A stretch of 64,000 nt of DNA from Acidimicrobiales bacterium (GCA_965200775.1 OZ241383.1:1141008-1205007), one strand, 5' to 3'; shown: positions 18,764-29,393, counted from the first letter of the stretch. The notes: generated by a model not told the origin, from the sequence alone. Made by a program: numbers and translations.

Positions 18764-21472
18764 TTAGCTGGTGAGGCTGAAGGTGAACCCCCCGCTGGCG
18801 GAGTTGCCGTCGCCGTCGGTGGCGGTGATGGAGATCGTCACGTCCTGGGGTATGGCACTCCCCGCGGTGAGGGTCAGAACGCTGCCGTTCCACTCGCCGG
18901 TCACCTTGTTTCGCGCAATGCTGTTCAGGTCGCCCGTCCGAGACTGGCCCGTGCGTTGGTTCATCGTCGTCACCTTTGCTGAGTAGCTCAGGTTGTCGCC
19001 GCTGAAGTGGTCGCCCATGTCGATGGTCACCGTGGTGCCTTCGGCAATGTTGGCATCGGTGATGGGGTTCGTCAGCGAAGGTGTGTCGGGTACCGCGGGC
19101 GTCGCCTGGACGGTTTGCGACCACTGGCCCGGCCCGGCGACGTTCCGGGCCCGCACGCGGAAGCCGTACTCCCCGCCGTTAATCAGACCGCCGACGGTGG
19201 TCGAGGTCCCGGTAATCCCGGTGACCAGATTCCACTCATAGCCCTCAACGGTGACCTCAACGTCGTAAGTGACGGCGTTGCTGCCGGCTGCCCCCGCTTG
19301 ACCGCCGCCAAACGACGGATTCGTCCAGCTCAGCGCCACCTGTGTGTTGCCCGCCGTCGGAGCGCCGACCACGTGAATGTTTCCCGGTGGGCAAGGTATC
19401 TGATAGACGTTGCAAGATCCTGTTCCGGGGACGGAATACGACATGGGGGACCAGCCGGTCGCAACTCCGTCACGCACCGCCCGCACCCGGAACTTGTAGC
19501 TCATACCGTTCGTCAGCCCGGTGACGAGCACATAAGAGGCCGTCAAGCCGGTCACCGCCGGCTCAGAGTTCCAGGGGTCGTCCCAGAGCGAGTAGTCGAG
19601 ATCATACGTGATACCGCATCCGCTCGCGAAGCCGGACCCCCAGTAAACCCCCATCTGGGAGTTGTAGCGTTCCAGGATTGGCTGCCGCGGGGGGACAAGC
19701 TCCGTTCCATTAGGCATTCCCAATGTGCCCTCCACGTCGGGCAAGACCACAACATTGCCATTGGCGAGCGTGAATCTCACATGGACGTTGTGGACTTTGC
19801 AGTTGTGCAGGCCGGTAAGCGTGATGCTGTTGCCGGTCATCGGAACATCTTTGTGACTTCCGAACGCCGATGCCCGGACCTGTTTCAGGGTGAAGGGCAA
19901 GTCATCGGGTAACGCGACCGTCAACTGCTTGTCACCCGGTGTGATGACCAGATCCGAGGGCCCCGGCGCCGACGGCTCTATCTCCTCGAGGCGCACAGAG
20001 ACCGAATCACCATCCTCGAGCGTCAGGTCGTCTTTTGACCGACAGATATCGCCTCCACCGGCCTGTCGCCAGCCGCCGTGATAGATCCAAGTCCCGACGG
20101 TCAGTCTCACCTGCGCCATGTCCGTAACCCCAACCTGGGGAACGCTGCGGAAGCAGATGTCGTCACCATAGGTCAGTAGTTCGGTGATCGTGTAGTCGGT
20201 TCCGTCCAAGCTGAACGTGTTGTCACCCAGCTCGCCGAACTGCCGGTTGCCGTGCCGCGAGTAGCCGGCGAGGCCCCCCACCACTCCCACGGTCATCGTG
20301 GTCTCGAGCAGCTGGACCCCCGGCTCCACCAGCGGCAGGGTGACCGTCTGCGCCAGCCAGGCGTCGTTGCCGGTGGTGTTCTCGGCCCGGACCCGGACGT
20401 CGTAGGTCTTGCCGTTGGTCAGACCAGTGATCGTGCGCTTCGTACCCGTCGTATGGGGGACGTCCGTCCAGGACGTACTTCCCGTCTCGCGGTACTCGAC
20501 GTCGTAGTCGGTGACCGCGCTGCCGCGGTCGTTCCCGAGCTGCACCCAGTTCGCCCGGATAGTCGTGATGCCTGCGGACAGGGTCAACTGCCGCGGCGCG
20601 GTTGGCGCCTGCGACTCGCCCGGCCTTGCCTCGATCACCTCCGACCAGCTGCCGAGGCCGCTGTCGTTACTCGCCCGGACCCGCACCTGGCGCGTCGTGG
20701 CGTTGGCCAGCCCGTCAATGCTGTGCGACGTCGGCACATTGGGAACCCACCAAATGGGCGGATACGGCTGTCCCGGGACGGGGGGATCGGGGAGATCGGA
20801 GAGATTATCGGGATTGATCGTGATGGTCGTCCAGCCCGAGCTCCCCTTTACACGATGCTGTAGACGGTACGAATTGATGTGGTCGGGGTCGTCGGGGTCG
20901 TGGTCGCCGCTGTGCGCCGGCTTCGTCCACTGCGCCTCAATCTTCCCGCTGCGCGTCGACAGCGACAGCACCGGCGGGTTCGGCGTTCCGTCGTAGGGTG
21001 GCGGCGTTGCGATCACCATGTTCGACCAGGCGCCTTCGCCGGCCGAGTTCTCCGCGCGCACTTGGAACTCGTAGAGCGCGTGGCTGACCATCGCAGTGGA
21101 GATCGTGTAGCTCGTGGCCGTGCCGTTGAGGCCAACCTCGGTCCAGTCGTCGGTTTCCCATCGCCGATGCCGCAGCCAGTAACCCGTGATGTCCGCTCCG
21201 TTGTTGGCAGGCACGCTCCACGACGCGACGAGGTCCAAATCGTCCGCCGTCATCACCAAGGAAGGCGCGTCCGGCGGCGAAACGTTCGCCTGCGTGGCCA
21301 GCATGAAGTTCGCTGCTGAGCCCGAACCCTGCGTAACGGCTGTTTTCTCCAGCACAGGAGCGGCGTTCGTCAAGGACGCCACGAGGACCATGGCCATCGC
21401 CGTCAACCCCAGCGCCGCGCCCATCTGCCTGAACCGTGAAGTTCCCCAACCGTGACTGCCGGTGCGACTCAT
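18764..21472 (-). CDS. Secreted multi-domain protein with repeated fibronectin type III domains and a C-terminal Ig/cadherin-like domain
   Basis: 902 aa. N-terminal signal-like segment AALGLTAMAMVLVASLTNA. There are at least 5 FN3-like units (W..P..NG..ITGY...R....W.........Y.(L/V)TGLTNG..Y.(F/V)RVRA.N..G.G.WS). Confidence 0.75.
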   Translation of the reverse strand: MSRTGSHGWGTSRFRQMGAALGLTAMAMVLVASLTNAAPVLEKTAVTQGSGSAANFMLATQANVSPPDAPSLVMTADDLDLVASWSVPANNGADITGYWLRHRRWETDDWTEVGLNGTATSYTISTAMVSHALYEFQVRAENSAGEGAWSNMVIATPPPYDGTPNPPVLSLSTRSGKIEAQWTKPAHSGDHDPDDPDHINSYRLQHRVKGSSGWTTITINPDNLSDLPDPPVPGQPYPPIWWVPNVPTSHSIDGLANATTRQVRVRASNDSGLGSWSEVIEARPGESQAPTAPRQLTLSAGITTIRANWVQLGNDRGSAVTDYDVEYRETGSTSWTDVPHTTGTKRTITGLTNGKTYDVRVRAENTTGNDAWLAQTVTLPLVEPGVQLLETTMTVGVVGGLAGYSRHGNRQFGELGDNTFSLDGTDYTITELLTYGDDICFRSVPQVGVTDMAQVRLTVGTWIYHGGWRQAGGGDICRSKDDLTLEDGDSVSVRLEEIEPSAPGPSDLVITPGDKQLTVALPDDLPFTLKQVRASAFGSHKDVPMTGNSITLTGLHNCKVHNVHVRFTLANGNVVVLPDVEGTLGMPNGTELVPPRQPILERYNSQMGVYWGSGFASGCGITYDLDYSLWDDPWNSEPAVTGLTASYVLVTGLTNGMSYKFRVRAVRDGVATGWSPMSYSVPGTGSCNVYQIPCPPGNIHVVGAPTAGNTQVALSWTNPSFGGGQAGAAGSNAVTYDVEVTVEGYEWNLVTGITGTSTTVGGLINGGEYGFRVRARNVAGPGQWSQTVQATPAVPDTPSLTNPITDANIAEGTTVTIDMGDHFSGDNLSYSAKVTTMNQRTGQSRTGDLNSIARNKVTGEWNGSVLTLTAGSAIPQDVTISITATDGDGNSASGGFTFSLTS

Positions 21473-21548
21473 GGCGTGACTCTCCTTCGTTCCTGAAGCC
21501 CGGACGGCCCCCGGTCGAGATTACGGGGGGGGCAACACAAGCCATTCG

Positions 21549-21588
21549 CCCACTACCTGGGCAGATGCCCCACTACCTGGGCAAAGGC
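21549..21588. repeat. Tandem duplication, 20 nt x 2 (cccactacctgggca[g/a]a[t/g]gc)
   Basis: Read directly between the TauD-like stop and the FN3 gene start. Confidence 0.9.
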
Positions 21589-21606
21589 CCGCGGTCCAGC
21601 TTCGTA

Positions 21607-22422
21607 TCAGGTGTCGGCTCCGGGGTCGGCGACGGTGATGCGGTGGAGGAGCCGCTTGGCCCCGCCGGCGTCGCCGATTACGGCGTGCTGGGTGGAACGG
21701 TTGTCCCAGATCACGAGGTCGCCGTGGCGCCACCGGTGCCGATAGGTGTTCTCGTATCGCCCGATCACCCCGTACAGGAACTCAAGGAACGGCCGGCTCT
21801 CCTCCGGGGTCCATCCGTCGATCCTGGTCACGTAGTTGTCGTTCACGAAGAGCGCTTCTGCCCCTGTCTCGGGGTGAACCCTCACCAGGGGGTGCGTGGC
21901 GACCACCGCCTCGTGGTCCAGGCCGGCGTCGGCGGCCAGCGCGGTGCCCTCATGGACAGCCGACAGGGTTCGGACAACCGACTGGAGCCCCGGTGACAGC
22001 GACTCGAACGCTCGCACAGCGCTGGCGAACATGGTGTCGCCCCCAACCTCGGGCAGGGTGCGGGCCAGCAGCAGGGTGTATGCGTGGGGGTGGCGCATGT
22101 GGGTGGAGTCGGAATGCCAGGTTTGGGTGATGGGGTTGGGGTCGTAGATCCTCATGATCCCCGGATACCCCTCAATGGAAGGCACGTAGGGATGGATGGA
22201 GATATCCCCCCAACGGGCGGCAAAACCGAGCTGATCCTCGGGGGTCATGGCGGCCTGGCCTCGAATACAGATGATGCCGTGGTGGTGCAGAGCGTCGCGC
22301 ACCGCAGCAAAGTCCGTTTCGCTTACTTCCCGGGTCAGGTCGAGCCCGAGCACTTCCGCCCCAAGCGCCCCGGCCAGCCGCTTGATCTCCACCGGGGGCG
22401 GGCCCGGATCAGCCTCGCTCAT
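21607..22422 (-). CDS. TauD/TfdA family Fe(II)/2-oxoglutarate dioxygenase
   Basis: 271 aa. Motifs WHSDSTH and IWDNRSTQH. Confidence 0.85.
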   Translation of the reverse strand: MSEADPGPPPVEIKRLAGALGAEVLGLDLTREVSETDFAAVRDALHHHGIICIRGQAAMTPEDQLGFAARWGDISIHPYVPSIEGYPGIMRIYDPNPITQTWHSDSTHMRHPHAYTLLLARTLPEVGGDTMFASAVRAFESLSPGLQSVVRTLSAVHEGTALAADAGLDHEAVVATHPLVRVHPETGAEALFVNDNYVTRIDGWTPEESRPFLEFLYGVIGRYENTYRHRWRHGDLVIWDNRSTQHAVIGDAGGAKRLLHRITVADPGADT

Positions 22423-23795
22423 CGCTCCCCACCGTACCCAGCGATGGCCGCGGCGATCCCAGCCACCGGCTCACCCGGCCTTTCGGCAACGCCCCGCAGT
22501 GCCTCAAGCCGGTCATCCGATGATGGGCCCACAAGGGCAGCAAACTTGGCGGCCATCTCGTCTTGGCTCAAGGGGTCGTGCATCGAGCCCTTATGGCCGT
22601 GAACCACTTGCTCCAGCACCGTGCCGTCGGCCAGGAATATCCGGACCCTGCCTCCCAATTTGTGAGCGTAGGTGGCGTCGAACTCCTCTGCCGCTCTCAC
22701 CGAGACCACTTTTTCCTGAAGCTCAGCCAGTGGCGGAGCTGCGATTGCATCGGGCCGGTAGGTGGCCGGGTCGCCGGGGTCGGCCAATATGGCAGCGGCG
22801 ATGTTGAACTCGGCCGAGTACTGGGCGGCCATGACCGACACCGTGCCGTCCATGCTGTTCTGGGCTGCCACCTTGGTCGGGCCCTCGGCTTCGATCCGGG
22901 CGATGGCCGCCCCGGTGAGGTGGTGCTCCTCCCGCAGTCGGGCCGCGGCCTGGATGAGAGGGTGGATGTCGCTGCACGCCGCGTAGGGCTTAACCGTGAT
23001 CTCGTCGATCATCCACCGCAGGCCCAGAGACTCGGTGAGAAGCCCCACTTCGGGTTCGGGCCCAAAGACATTGCTGAACCCGTACCGGCCCGCCAACCCG
23101 TCGGCAGCCCCCTCGAACCCTCGAGCCGCCAGCGACGCGGCCAGCAAACCGGCCTCGGCAGCTCGCCCGGCGTGGATCCGCTTGGCCATCCCTCCCGACG
23201 AGGCGAACTCCATCGTCCCCGAGGCCAGCGACACCGCAATCCCGAAAGCGTGGTTCAAGGTCGGACCGTCGAAACCGAGCAGGTGCCCGGCGGCAGCCGC
23301 CGACCCGAACACTCCCGACATCGAGGTCGGGTGGAAGCCGGCCAGCATGTGGGCCGCCGGCCCAACCGCGAGCCCGGCCCGGCCCATGGCCTCGTAGCCC
23401 ATGACGATGGCCTCCAACAGGTCGAGGTTTGAGGCCCTTTCCTGTTCGGCCACGGCCAGAGCGGCCGGCACCACCACCGCTCCGGGATGGCTTATGGCCT
23501 CCTCGTGTACGTCGTCGAGTTCAAATGCATGCGCCGACGAGCCGTTGGCGAATGCGGCCATGGCCGGGGTCGTCTTCTCGCCGGTTCCCCCCACGGTGGC
23601 CGGTCCGTCCCCTCCGGTGGTGAGGGCGTGGGCGATGGCGGCCTGCGACCATGGTTGGTTGGCACCGAAGATCATGCAGCCCGCGGTGTCCACCAGGGCG
23701 TCGGCCGCCCGGTGCAGGAGCCGGCTGTCGATGTGGCCCCGCTGGTCGGCCAGGAAGCCGGCCAACCTGCCCGAAGACGAGCCATCTTGAACCAT
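22419..23795 (-). CDS. MmgE/PrpD family protein
   Basis: ATG at 23795 overlaps the stop of the upstream Rieske gene by 1 nt (TGATG). 458 aa. Segment ALVDTAGCMIFGANQPW. The track ORF is extended to 23975. Confidence 0.85.
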   Translation of the reverse strand: MVQDGSSSGRLAGFLADQRGHIDSRLLHRAADALVDTAGCMIFGANQPWSQAAIAHALTTGGDGPATVGGTGEKTTPAMAAFANGSSAHAFELDDVHEEAISHPGAVVVPAALAVAEQERASNLDLLEAIVMGYEAMGRAGLAVGPAAHMLAGFHPTSMSGVFGSAAAAGHLLGFDGPTLNHAFGIAVSLASGTMEFASSGGMAKRIHAGRAAEAGLLAASLAARGFEGAADGLAGRYGFSNVFGPEPEVGLLTESLGLRWMIDEITVKPYAACSDIHPLIQAAARLREEHHLTGAAIARIEAEGPTKVAAQNSMDGTVSVMAAQYSAEFNIAAAILADPGDPATYRPDAIAAPPLAELQEKVVSVRAAEEFDATYAHKLGGRVRIFLADGTVLEQVVHGHKGSMHDPLSQDEMAAKFAALVGPSSDDRLEALRGVAERPGEPVAGIAAAIAGYGGER

Positions 23796-24868
23796 CAGCC
23801 GCGGTTCAGCCCATCGATCAACAACCCTTGGAGGTGGGGCACGGCGTTCTCGGTGTGGACATCGGCGGTCCCGCTGGGGTTCACGATGAGGGGTCCGGGC
23901 CGGTAACCCCGGCTCGCCATGCCCCGTTGCACTGATTCCATGAGGCCGAAATCCTCGGGCACCGTGGTGTTCCAATCAAGCTCTATCACCTCCTGCTGCC
24001 GAGCGGTGGGCTCGTGGCTGTCGAGCCACCACTCCCGTATGAGCAGGGTCTGGTCGGGGGCCAGCGGCACCCAACGGAACGTGTTGAGCACCCGCTCGGG
24101 GTAGCACTGAATGGACGAAACCGGCCAGGTGAAATAAGCCCCGTAGTGGTTGGCCTCCACCTCACCTGTGTGTCCCGTGCGCTCGGGGGGAGGGCCGTTG
24201 GCGGCGTGGTGGATTGTGAAGCCCCGTGGGGTGATGCGGTAGCTGCCCGGCGCAACCGTCTGTGAGGTGAACGACTTGTGAATGTTCGGGCAGTGGTAGC
24301 ACTCGTTGTAGTTCTCCACCGCCACCTTCCAGTTGGCTCCAATCAGGCGGGTGTACCGCTGGGCCAGGACCTGCCTGCCGGCATCGGGGGCCAGGGCCAG
24401 CAGTCCGGCCTCCACACCTGGGACGGTCTCCTCCAGCGATGGGGCATCAAGGTCGAGGTTCACGAACAGGAACCCGGCCATGGTGTCCACCCGCACTGGG
24501 GGGATGCACAGCTCGCCCACACTTTCGCCCCGGGCCTGGAGGAGCCGCCCGCCAAGGTCGTAGGTCCAGACGTGATAGGGGCAGGTCAGGCCGGACACGG
24601 TGGCCGACTCGACAGCAACGAGCTCGTGGCCCCGGTGTTGGCACACGTTGTAGAAGCCCCGCACCTGCGTGCCGTCGTTGGCCACGATCACGCTTTGGTC
24701 CCCCACCTGTGCGGTGATCAACTGGCCGGCCGATGCCACCTGGGTTTGGTGTCCCACCAGTAGCCAGGTGCGAGCGAAGACGTGCTCCATTTCGGCGGCG
24801 AAGATCTCCGGATCGAGGTAGTAGCGGGGGTCGATTCCCGTGGGATGACCGTTGCCGTTGGTGTTCAT
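23795..24868 (-). CDS. Rieske-type aromatic-ring/quaternary-amine oxygenase alpha subunit
   Basis: 357 aa. Rieske motif CQHRGHELV...CPYHVWTY and catalytic-domain segment NYNECYHCPNIH. GGAGGTGGAG lies upstream of the ATG. Confidence 0.85.
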   Translation of the reverse strand: MNTNGNGHPTGIDPRYYLDPEIFAAEMEHVFARTWLLVGHQTQVASAGQLITAQVGDQSVIVANDGTQVRGFYNVCQHRGHELVAVESATVSGLTCPYHVWTYDLGGRLLQARGESVGELCIPPVRVDTMAGFLFVNLDLDAPSLEETVPGVEAGLLALAPDAGRQVLAQRYTRLIGANWKVAVENYNECYHCPNIHKSFTSQTVAPGSYRITPRGFTIHHAANGPPPERTGHTGEVEANHYGAYFTWPVSSIQCYPERVLNTFRWVPLAPDQTLLIREWWLDSHEPTARQQEVIELDWNTTVPEDFGLMESVQRGMASRGYRPGPLIVNPSGTADVHTENAVPHLQGLLIDGLNRG

Positions 24869-24916
24869 ATCTCCACCTCCTGACTGGTTTTTCGTTTCGA
24901 CTTATGTTTCGTTCCA

Positions 24917-24950
24917 ACTCGTTTCTCAGCCCGACTCATTTCTCAGTTCA
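24917..24950. repeat. Imperfect tandem duplication, 17 nt x 2 (actcgtttctcagcccg / actcatttctcagttca)
   Basis: Read directly. The second copy overlaps the aminotransferase stop codon (24943-24945). Confidence 0.8.
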
Positions 24951-26055
24951 AATCGGCCAGCGCGTCAACCAGGCGGTCCATGCGCTCGACGAAGTTCACG
25001 TCGCAGCGCAGGAACCGGTCGTCGAGGCCTCGCCACGACTGGGCGCCGTCCTTCACGATCACACCCCGCTCCAGCAGGCCGTTGAACACCGTGGTGGAGT
25101 TGGTGTCGGGGTCAAGGATCTCCACCAGGAAGAAGTTGGAGCGGCTGCCCGACACCATCCGGAACCGGTCAAGTTCCCCGAACCGCTCCTCCACGTAGCG
25201 GCGAGCCTCCACGATGGTGTCCACCGTGCGGTTGACGTGCTCGTGGTCGTCCAGGGCGGCTACACCGCCGGCGATCTGGAGCCCGCCCATGTTCCAGGTT
25301 GGTTTCACCGCCAGCAGGGCTTCGATGATGGAGCGAGCCCCCACCCCGAACCCGACCCGCAACCCGGCCAGACCGAACGCCTTGGAGAAGGTGCGAAGCA
25401 CCACGAGGTGCTCGTACTCCCGAGCCAGGTGGATGTAGCCCGGCGTGCCCGAGTAGTGGACATAGGCCTCGTCCAGCACCACCAGAGCGTGGGGGGCGGC
25501 CTCGACGATCCGGCAGACGTCCGACTCCTCCAGCCAGGTACCCGACGGGCTGTGGGGGTTGGTGATGAACACGATGGCGGTGTCGTGTTCGATGGCCTCG
25601 ATGTAGCCGTCCACGTTGAGCGCCATTGACGGGCGGTCGGTGGCCTCGTGGGCCATCACAGGGACACGCCCCTCGGCCTCGGCAAACAGGTGGTAGATGG
25701 GAAAGCACGGTCCGGGCATCTGGACCTTGCCGCCCGGCTCGCTGAACGCCCGGATCACAAGCGAAATAATCTCGGTCTCCCCCGCGCCGCACACCACCTG
25801 GTCGGGCTCGTAGCCGTAGGTGTCGGCGATCTTCTCCGCCAGGGGCTGAGCCGTCCAAGAAGGGTAGAGATGCAAGCGGTCGAGGCTTTCGGCCACCGCC
25901 GCCTTGGCCAGGGGCGATGCACCGTGGGGGTTCTCGGCCGACCCCAGTTTGGCGATTTCGGAGGGCGCGATCCCGTAGCGATCGGCCACGTAGTCGGAGG
26001 GCAAACCGGGTACGTAGTACTCCAGAGTCTTCAGACCAGGATGGGCAAGAAGCAT
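24943..26055 (-). CDS. Class I/II PLP-dependent aminotransferase (HisC-like)
   Basis: ATG at 26055. PLP-lysine region LRTFSKAFGLAGLRVGF. 370 aa. Confidence 0.8.
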   Translation of the reverse strand: MLLAHPGLKTLEYYVPGLPSDYVADRYGIAPSEIAKLGSAENPHGASPLAKAAVAESLDRLHLYPSWTAQPLAEKIADTYGYEPDQVVCGAGETEIISLVIRAFSEPGGKVQMPGPCFPIYHLFAEAEGRVPVMAHEATDRPSMALNVDGYIEAIEHDTAIVFITNPHSPSGTWLEESDVCRIVEAAPHALVVLDEAYVHYSGTPGYIHLAREYEHLVVLRTFSKAFGLAGLRVGFGVGARSIIEALLAVKPTWNMGGLQIAGGVAALDDHEHVNRTVDTIVEARRYVEERFGELDRFRMVSGSRSNFFLVEILDPDTNSTTVFNGLLERGVIVKDGAQSWRGLDDRFLRCDVNFVERMDRLVDALADLN

Positions 26056-26129
26056 GTCGCTCCTTTGGGGCCGAAGAAGAGTTTCGGAAACTCTACAACC
26101 TATCAACGGGAACTCTAGGATTTCGGGCG

Positions 26130-28580
26130 ATGGCGATCCCCGAATCAGCCCGTGTGGTCATCGTCGGCGGGGGCATTTGCGGGGCGAGCATTCTCTACCA
26201 TCTGGCCCGGGAAGGCTGGACCGACACGCTGCTGGTGGAGAAAGCCGAGCTGACATCGGGGTCCACCTGGCACGCCGCCGGTCAGATCACCCATTCGGTG
26301 TCGAGCTACACCCTGGCCAAGTTCCGCCAGTACGGGTGCGAGCTGTACGCCTCGCTGGAGGCCGAGAGCGGAGTGGCCACGTCGTGGCACCGCAGCGGCA
26401 GCTTTCGGATGGCATACCTGCCCATCGAGGTGGACTGGATGAGGGGCCAGCTTGGGGTGGCCGACTACGTGGGCAACGCCATGGAGTGGGTCGACCCCGA
26501 TTTCGTGGCCGAACGGCACCCCTTTTTCGTAACCGATGAGCTGATCGGGGCCATCTGGACGCCCGACGACGGCCATGTGGACCCCACCGGGGCGGTCAAC
26601 GCCATGATCGCCGTGGCTCGCCGTCACGGGGCCAAGGTGAGCCGACGCAACCGGGTGGCGGGCATCAACCGCCGGCCCGAGGGGGCCTTCGATGTGGTAA
26701 CCGAGCATGGCACGGTCAGAGCCGAACACGTGGTTAACGCAGCAGGGTGTTACGCCCACCGGGTGGCCGAGATGGTGGGCCTCTCGGTGCCGATGGCCAA
26801 CACCCTGCACAGCTATCTCATCACCGACGTGGTTCCCGAGTTCGCCGGGTTGGACCGGGAGCTACCGGTGGTTCGCGACGACTACTTCTCCGGTTACGTG
26901 CGTCAGGAGCAGCAGTCGGGGCTGATCGGCATCTACGAGCAGCAAGGCGCCGAGGCGGCGTGGCCCGACGGCCCGGGCTGGGACCACGAGAACCCCCTCT
27001 TCCCCGCCGACTACGACCGGATCGGGCTCTGGCTGGCCCGAGCGTTCGAGAGAGTGCCGATCCTTGAACCCTGCGGTATCCGCAAGGTCATCCGGGGGGC
27101 GATCACCCACACCCCCGACGGCGAGCCGCTGCTCGGACCGTCGGGCGTACCCAACTTCTGGATGATGGCCGGGGTTCAAGTAGGGCTCGCCGACGGTCCC
27201 GGTCTGGGCCGGGAGCTGGCCCGTTGGATGGTTCACGGGGAGACCGAGGTGAGCGTGCGGGCCTACGACGCCCGACGATTCGGCTTCGTCCCCGCCGACG
27301 ACGCCATGCGCTACGGGGCCATCAAGGGCACCGAGGACTACGAGTTCCGCCACCAGACCCCGATTCCCGGCCTGGAACGCCCCCGGCTCCGCCCCTACCG
27401 CGACACCCCGCTCCATGAGCGCCTTTCCGCCAACGGGGCGGTGTTCACCCAGATTTACGGGTGGGAGCGGCCCAAGTGGTATCCCACAGTGGCGGGTCTC
27501 CCCCAAGAGGATGTGGTGGCGTTTCGCCACACCGACTGGTTCCCGGCGGTGGCCGAGGAATGCCGGGCGGTAAGGGAGCGGGTTGGCATCCTCGACAGCA
27601 CGGCCTTCGCCAAGTTCGACCTGGAGGGGCCCGACGCTACCGAGGTGCTCGATCGGCTCACTACCAACACGCTGCCCGCCACCGGTCGGATCAGCCTCAG
27701 CTACCTGCTCACCCCCACCGGGCGCATCGAGGGCGAGGCCACCATCACCCGGCTAGCCGACGACCACTTCTACCTGGTGTCCGCTACCGTCGGCGAGCAG
27801 AAGGACCACGAGTACTTCGCCACCCACTGGCCGGCCGGGGCCCGGGCCGAGCTGCAAATCAGGTCCACCGACTTCGGGGTTCTGGCCGTGGCCGGTCCCC
27901 AGGCACGGCGCCTGCTTGAGCGGTGTACCGGCGCCGATCTGAGCAACGAGGCCTTCCGGTGGCTCAGCGCCCAGTCCATAACAGTGGCAGGGGTGGAGGT
28001 GCGGGCCCTGCGAGTGGGGTTCGTGGGCGAGCTGGGCTGGGAGCTCCATGCGCCCACCGAGCATCTCGGCACTCTCTACGACGCCCTGTGGGATGCAGGC
28101 CGTGATCTGGGGGTTGCCAATGTGGGCAACCATGCCCTCGATTCGCTGCGCATGGAGAAGCGATACATGATCAGCCGCGACCTCACCCACGACGTGGGCC
28201 CCGACGAGGCCGGGCTCCACCGTTTCGTGAAAGCAGACAAGGGCCATTTCGTGGGTCGCGACGCTTTGCTGGCCCGACGGGCCCGGGCCGAATCCGGCGA
28301 GCATCCGTACAGGTGGCAGCTCGCCTACCTGGCCATCGACACCGACGACGCCGATGTCCACAGCAGCGACGGCGTCTATGCCGGCGGCAAACCGGTGGGC
28401 CTGATCACCACCGGTGCCTACGGCCACCATGTGCAGCAGGGCCTCGGGTTCGCGTATCTGGCCCCCGAGCACAGCGCCGCGGGCACCGAGTTGGAGGTGC
28501 GGGTGGTGGGTGAGCTGCGCCCGGCCCGGGTGCTCGACGAACCCATATACGATCCGCCCAGCGCTCGCCTTCGCATGTAA
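26130..28580 (+). CDS. FAD-dependent oxidoreductase fused to a GcvT-type folate-binding domain (dimethylglycine/sarcosine dehydrogenase-like)
   Basis: ATG at 26130 (816 aa). Dinucleotide motif VVIVGGGICGAS. The C-terminal aminomethyltransferase-like half contains GELGWELH. Confidence 0.85.
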   Translation: MAIPESARVVIVGGGICGASILYHLAREGWTDTLLVEKAELTSGSTWHAAGQITHSVSSYTLAKFRQYGCELYASLEAESGVATSWHRSGSFRMAYLPIEVDWMRGQLGVADYVGNAMEWVDPDFVAERHPFFVTDELIGAIWTPDDGHVDPTGAVNAMIAVARRHGAKVSRRNRVAGINRRPEGAFDVVTEHGTVRAEHVVNAAGCYAHRVAEMVGLSVPMANTLHSYLITDVVPEFAGLDRELPVVRDDYFSGYVRQEQQSGLIGIYEQQGAEAAWPDGPGWDHENPLFPADYDRIGLWLARAFERVPILEPCGIRKVIRGAITHTPDGEPLLGPSGVPNFWMMAGVQVGLADGPGLGRELARWMVHGETEVSVRAYDARRFGFVPADDAMRYGAIKGTEDYEFRHQTPIPGLERPRLRPYRDTPLHERLSANGAVFTQIYGWERPKWYPTVAGLPQEDVVAFRHTDWFPAVAEECRAVRERVGILDSTAFAKFDLEGPDATEVLDRLTTNTLPATGRISLSYLLTPTGRIEGEATITRLADDHFYLVSATVGEQKDHEYFATHWPAGARAELQIRSTDFGVLAVAGPQARRLLERCTGADLSNEAFRWLSAQSITVAGVEVRALRVGFVGELGWELHAPTEHLGTLYDALWDAGRDLGVANVGNHALDSLRMEKRYMISRDLTHDVGPDEAGLHRFVKADKGHFVGRDALLARRARAESGEHPYRWQLAYLAIDTDDADVHSSDGVYAGGKPVGLITTGAYGHHVQQGLGFAYLAPEHSAAGTELEVRVVGELRPARVLDEPIYDPPSARLRM

Positions 28581-28598
28581 CCCCGACCAGGAGGAACG

Positions 28599-29393
28599 GT
28601 GCTACCCCAAAAGATCGAGTATCGGCGCTACCAGGCCTATGCCGGGTTCGTCACCACCCCTCGCTATTTCGACGACAGCCCCCAGCAGTTCCTCCAGGTC
28701 GCCCCGCCCGATACCGGTGTGCTGCAAAGGGTGCTGCACATCCCGGGCTACGAGTGGGGACTCGACGAACGAGCCCGCAACTTCGAGCTGCTGGAGGAAG
28801 CCGCGGAGTGCCTGGCCCTGTCGCACTGTGAGGTGGTCGGGCAGGTTGGCACCAACTGGGTGCATTGCCAGGGCACCACCGGCCCCGACGACATCACCGA
28901 GTTCTGCGATCGGCTATCGGAAGCCATCGGGGTGCGGTTCCTCATGGCCGGCCAATGCCTGGTGGATGGGCTTCGGGCTCTGGGAGCCACCACCATCACC
29001 GTGGCCAACGGCTACTTCCGGCCCGACTGGTCGGCGGGCATCAACCGGTACCTGGAGGCCGCAGGGTTCGAGATTCTTTGGGCCGGCGATCTGATCGACC
29101 AGGGGTTGTTGGCCGATCACTCCCGGAAGCTGTCCATCGAGGAGGCCAGCCTGTGGGACTACCCCGACTACCTGATGATCTCCGCCGCGTTGGAGGCCCA
29201 CAAGCAGGCCCCCACTGCCGACGCAATCGTCCAAACCGGGGCCGGATTTCGGATGCTTCAGGTGGTGGGTGAGATCGAGAACATCACGCGCATTCCGGTG
29301 GTGGCCTCCGATTTCGCCCTGTACTGGGCCATGCTCAGGGAGCTGGGCCTGCAGCCCCAACCCGGTTACGGATTCCTCCTCTCGCAGTTGTGA
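28599..29393 (+). CDS. Asp/Glu racemase-superfamily protein (maleate isomerase / arylmalonate decarboxylase-like)
   Basis: 264 aa. The layout resembles that family (central GQVGTNW and VVASDFALYWAMLRELG). The assignment is tentative. Confidence 0.5.
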   Translation: MLPQKIEYRRYQAYAGFVTTPRYFDDSPQQFLQVAPPDTGVLQRVLHIPGYEWGLDERARNFELLEEAAECLALSHCEVVGQVGTNWVHCQGTTGPDDITEFCDRLSEAIGVRFLMAGQCLVDGLRALGATTITVANGYFRPDWSAGINRYLEAAGFEILWAGDLIDQGLLADHSRKLSIEEASLWDYPDYLMISAALEAHKQAPTADAIVQTGAGFRMLQVVGEIENITRIPVVASDFALYWAMLRELGLQPQPGYGFLLSQL

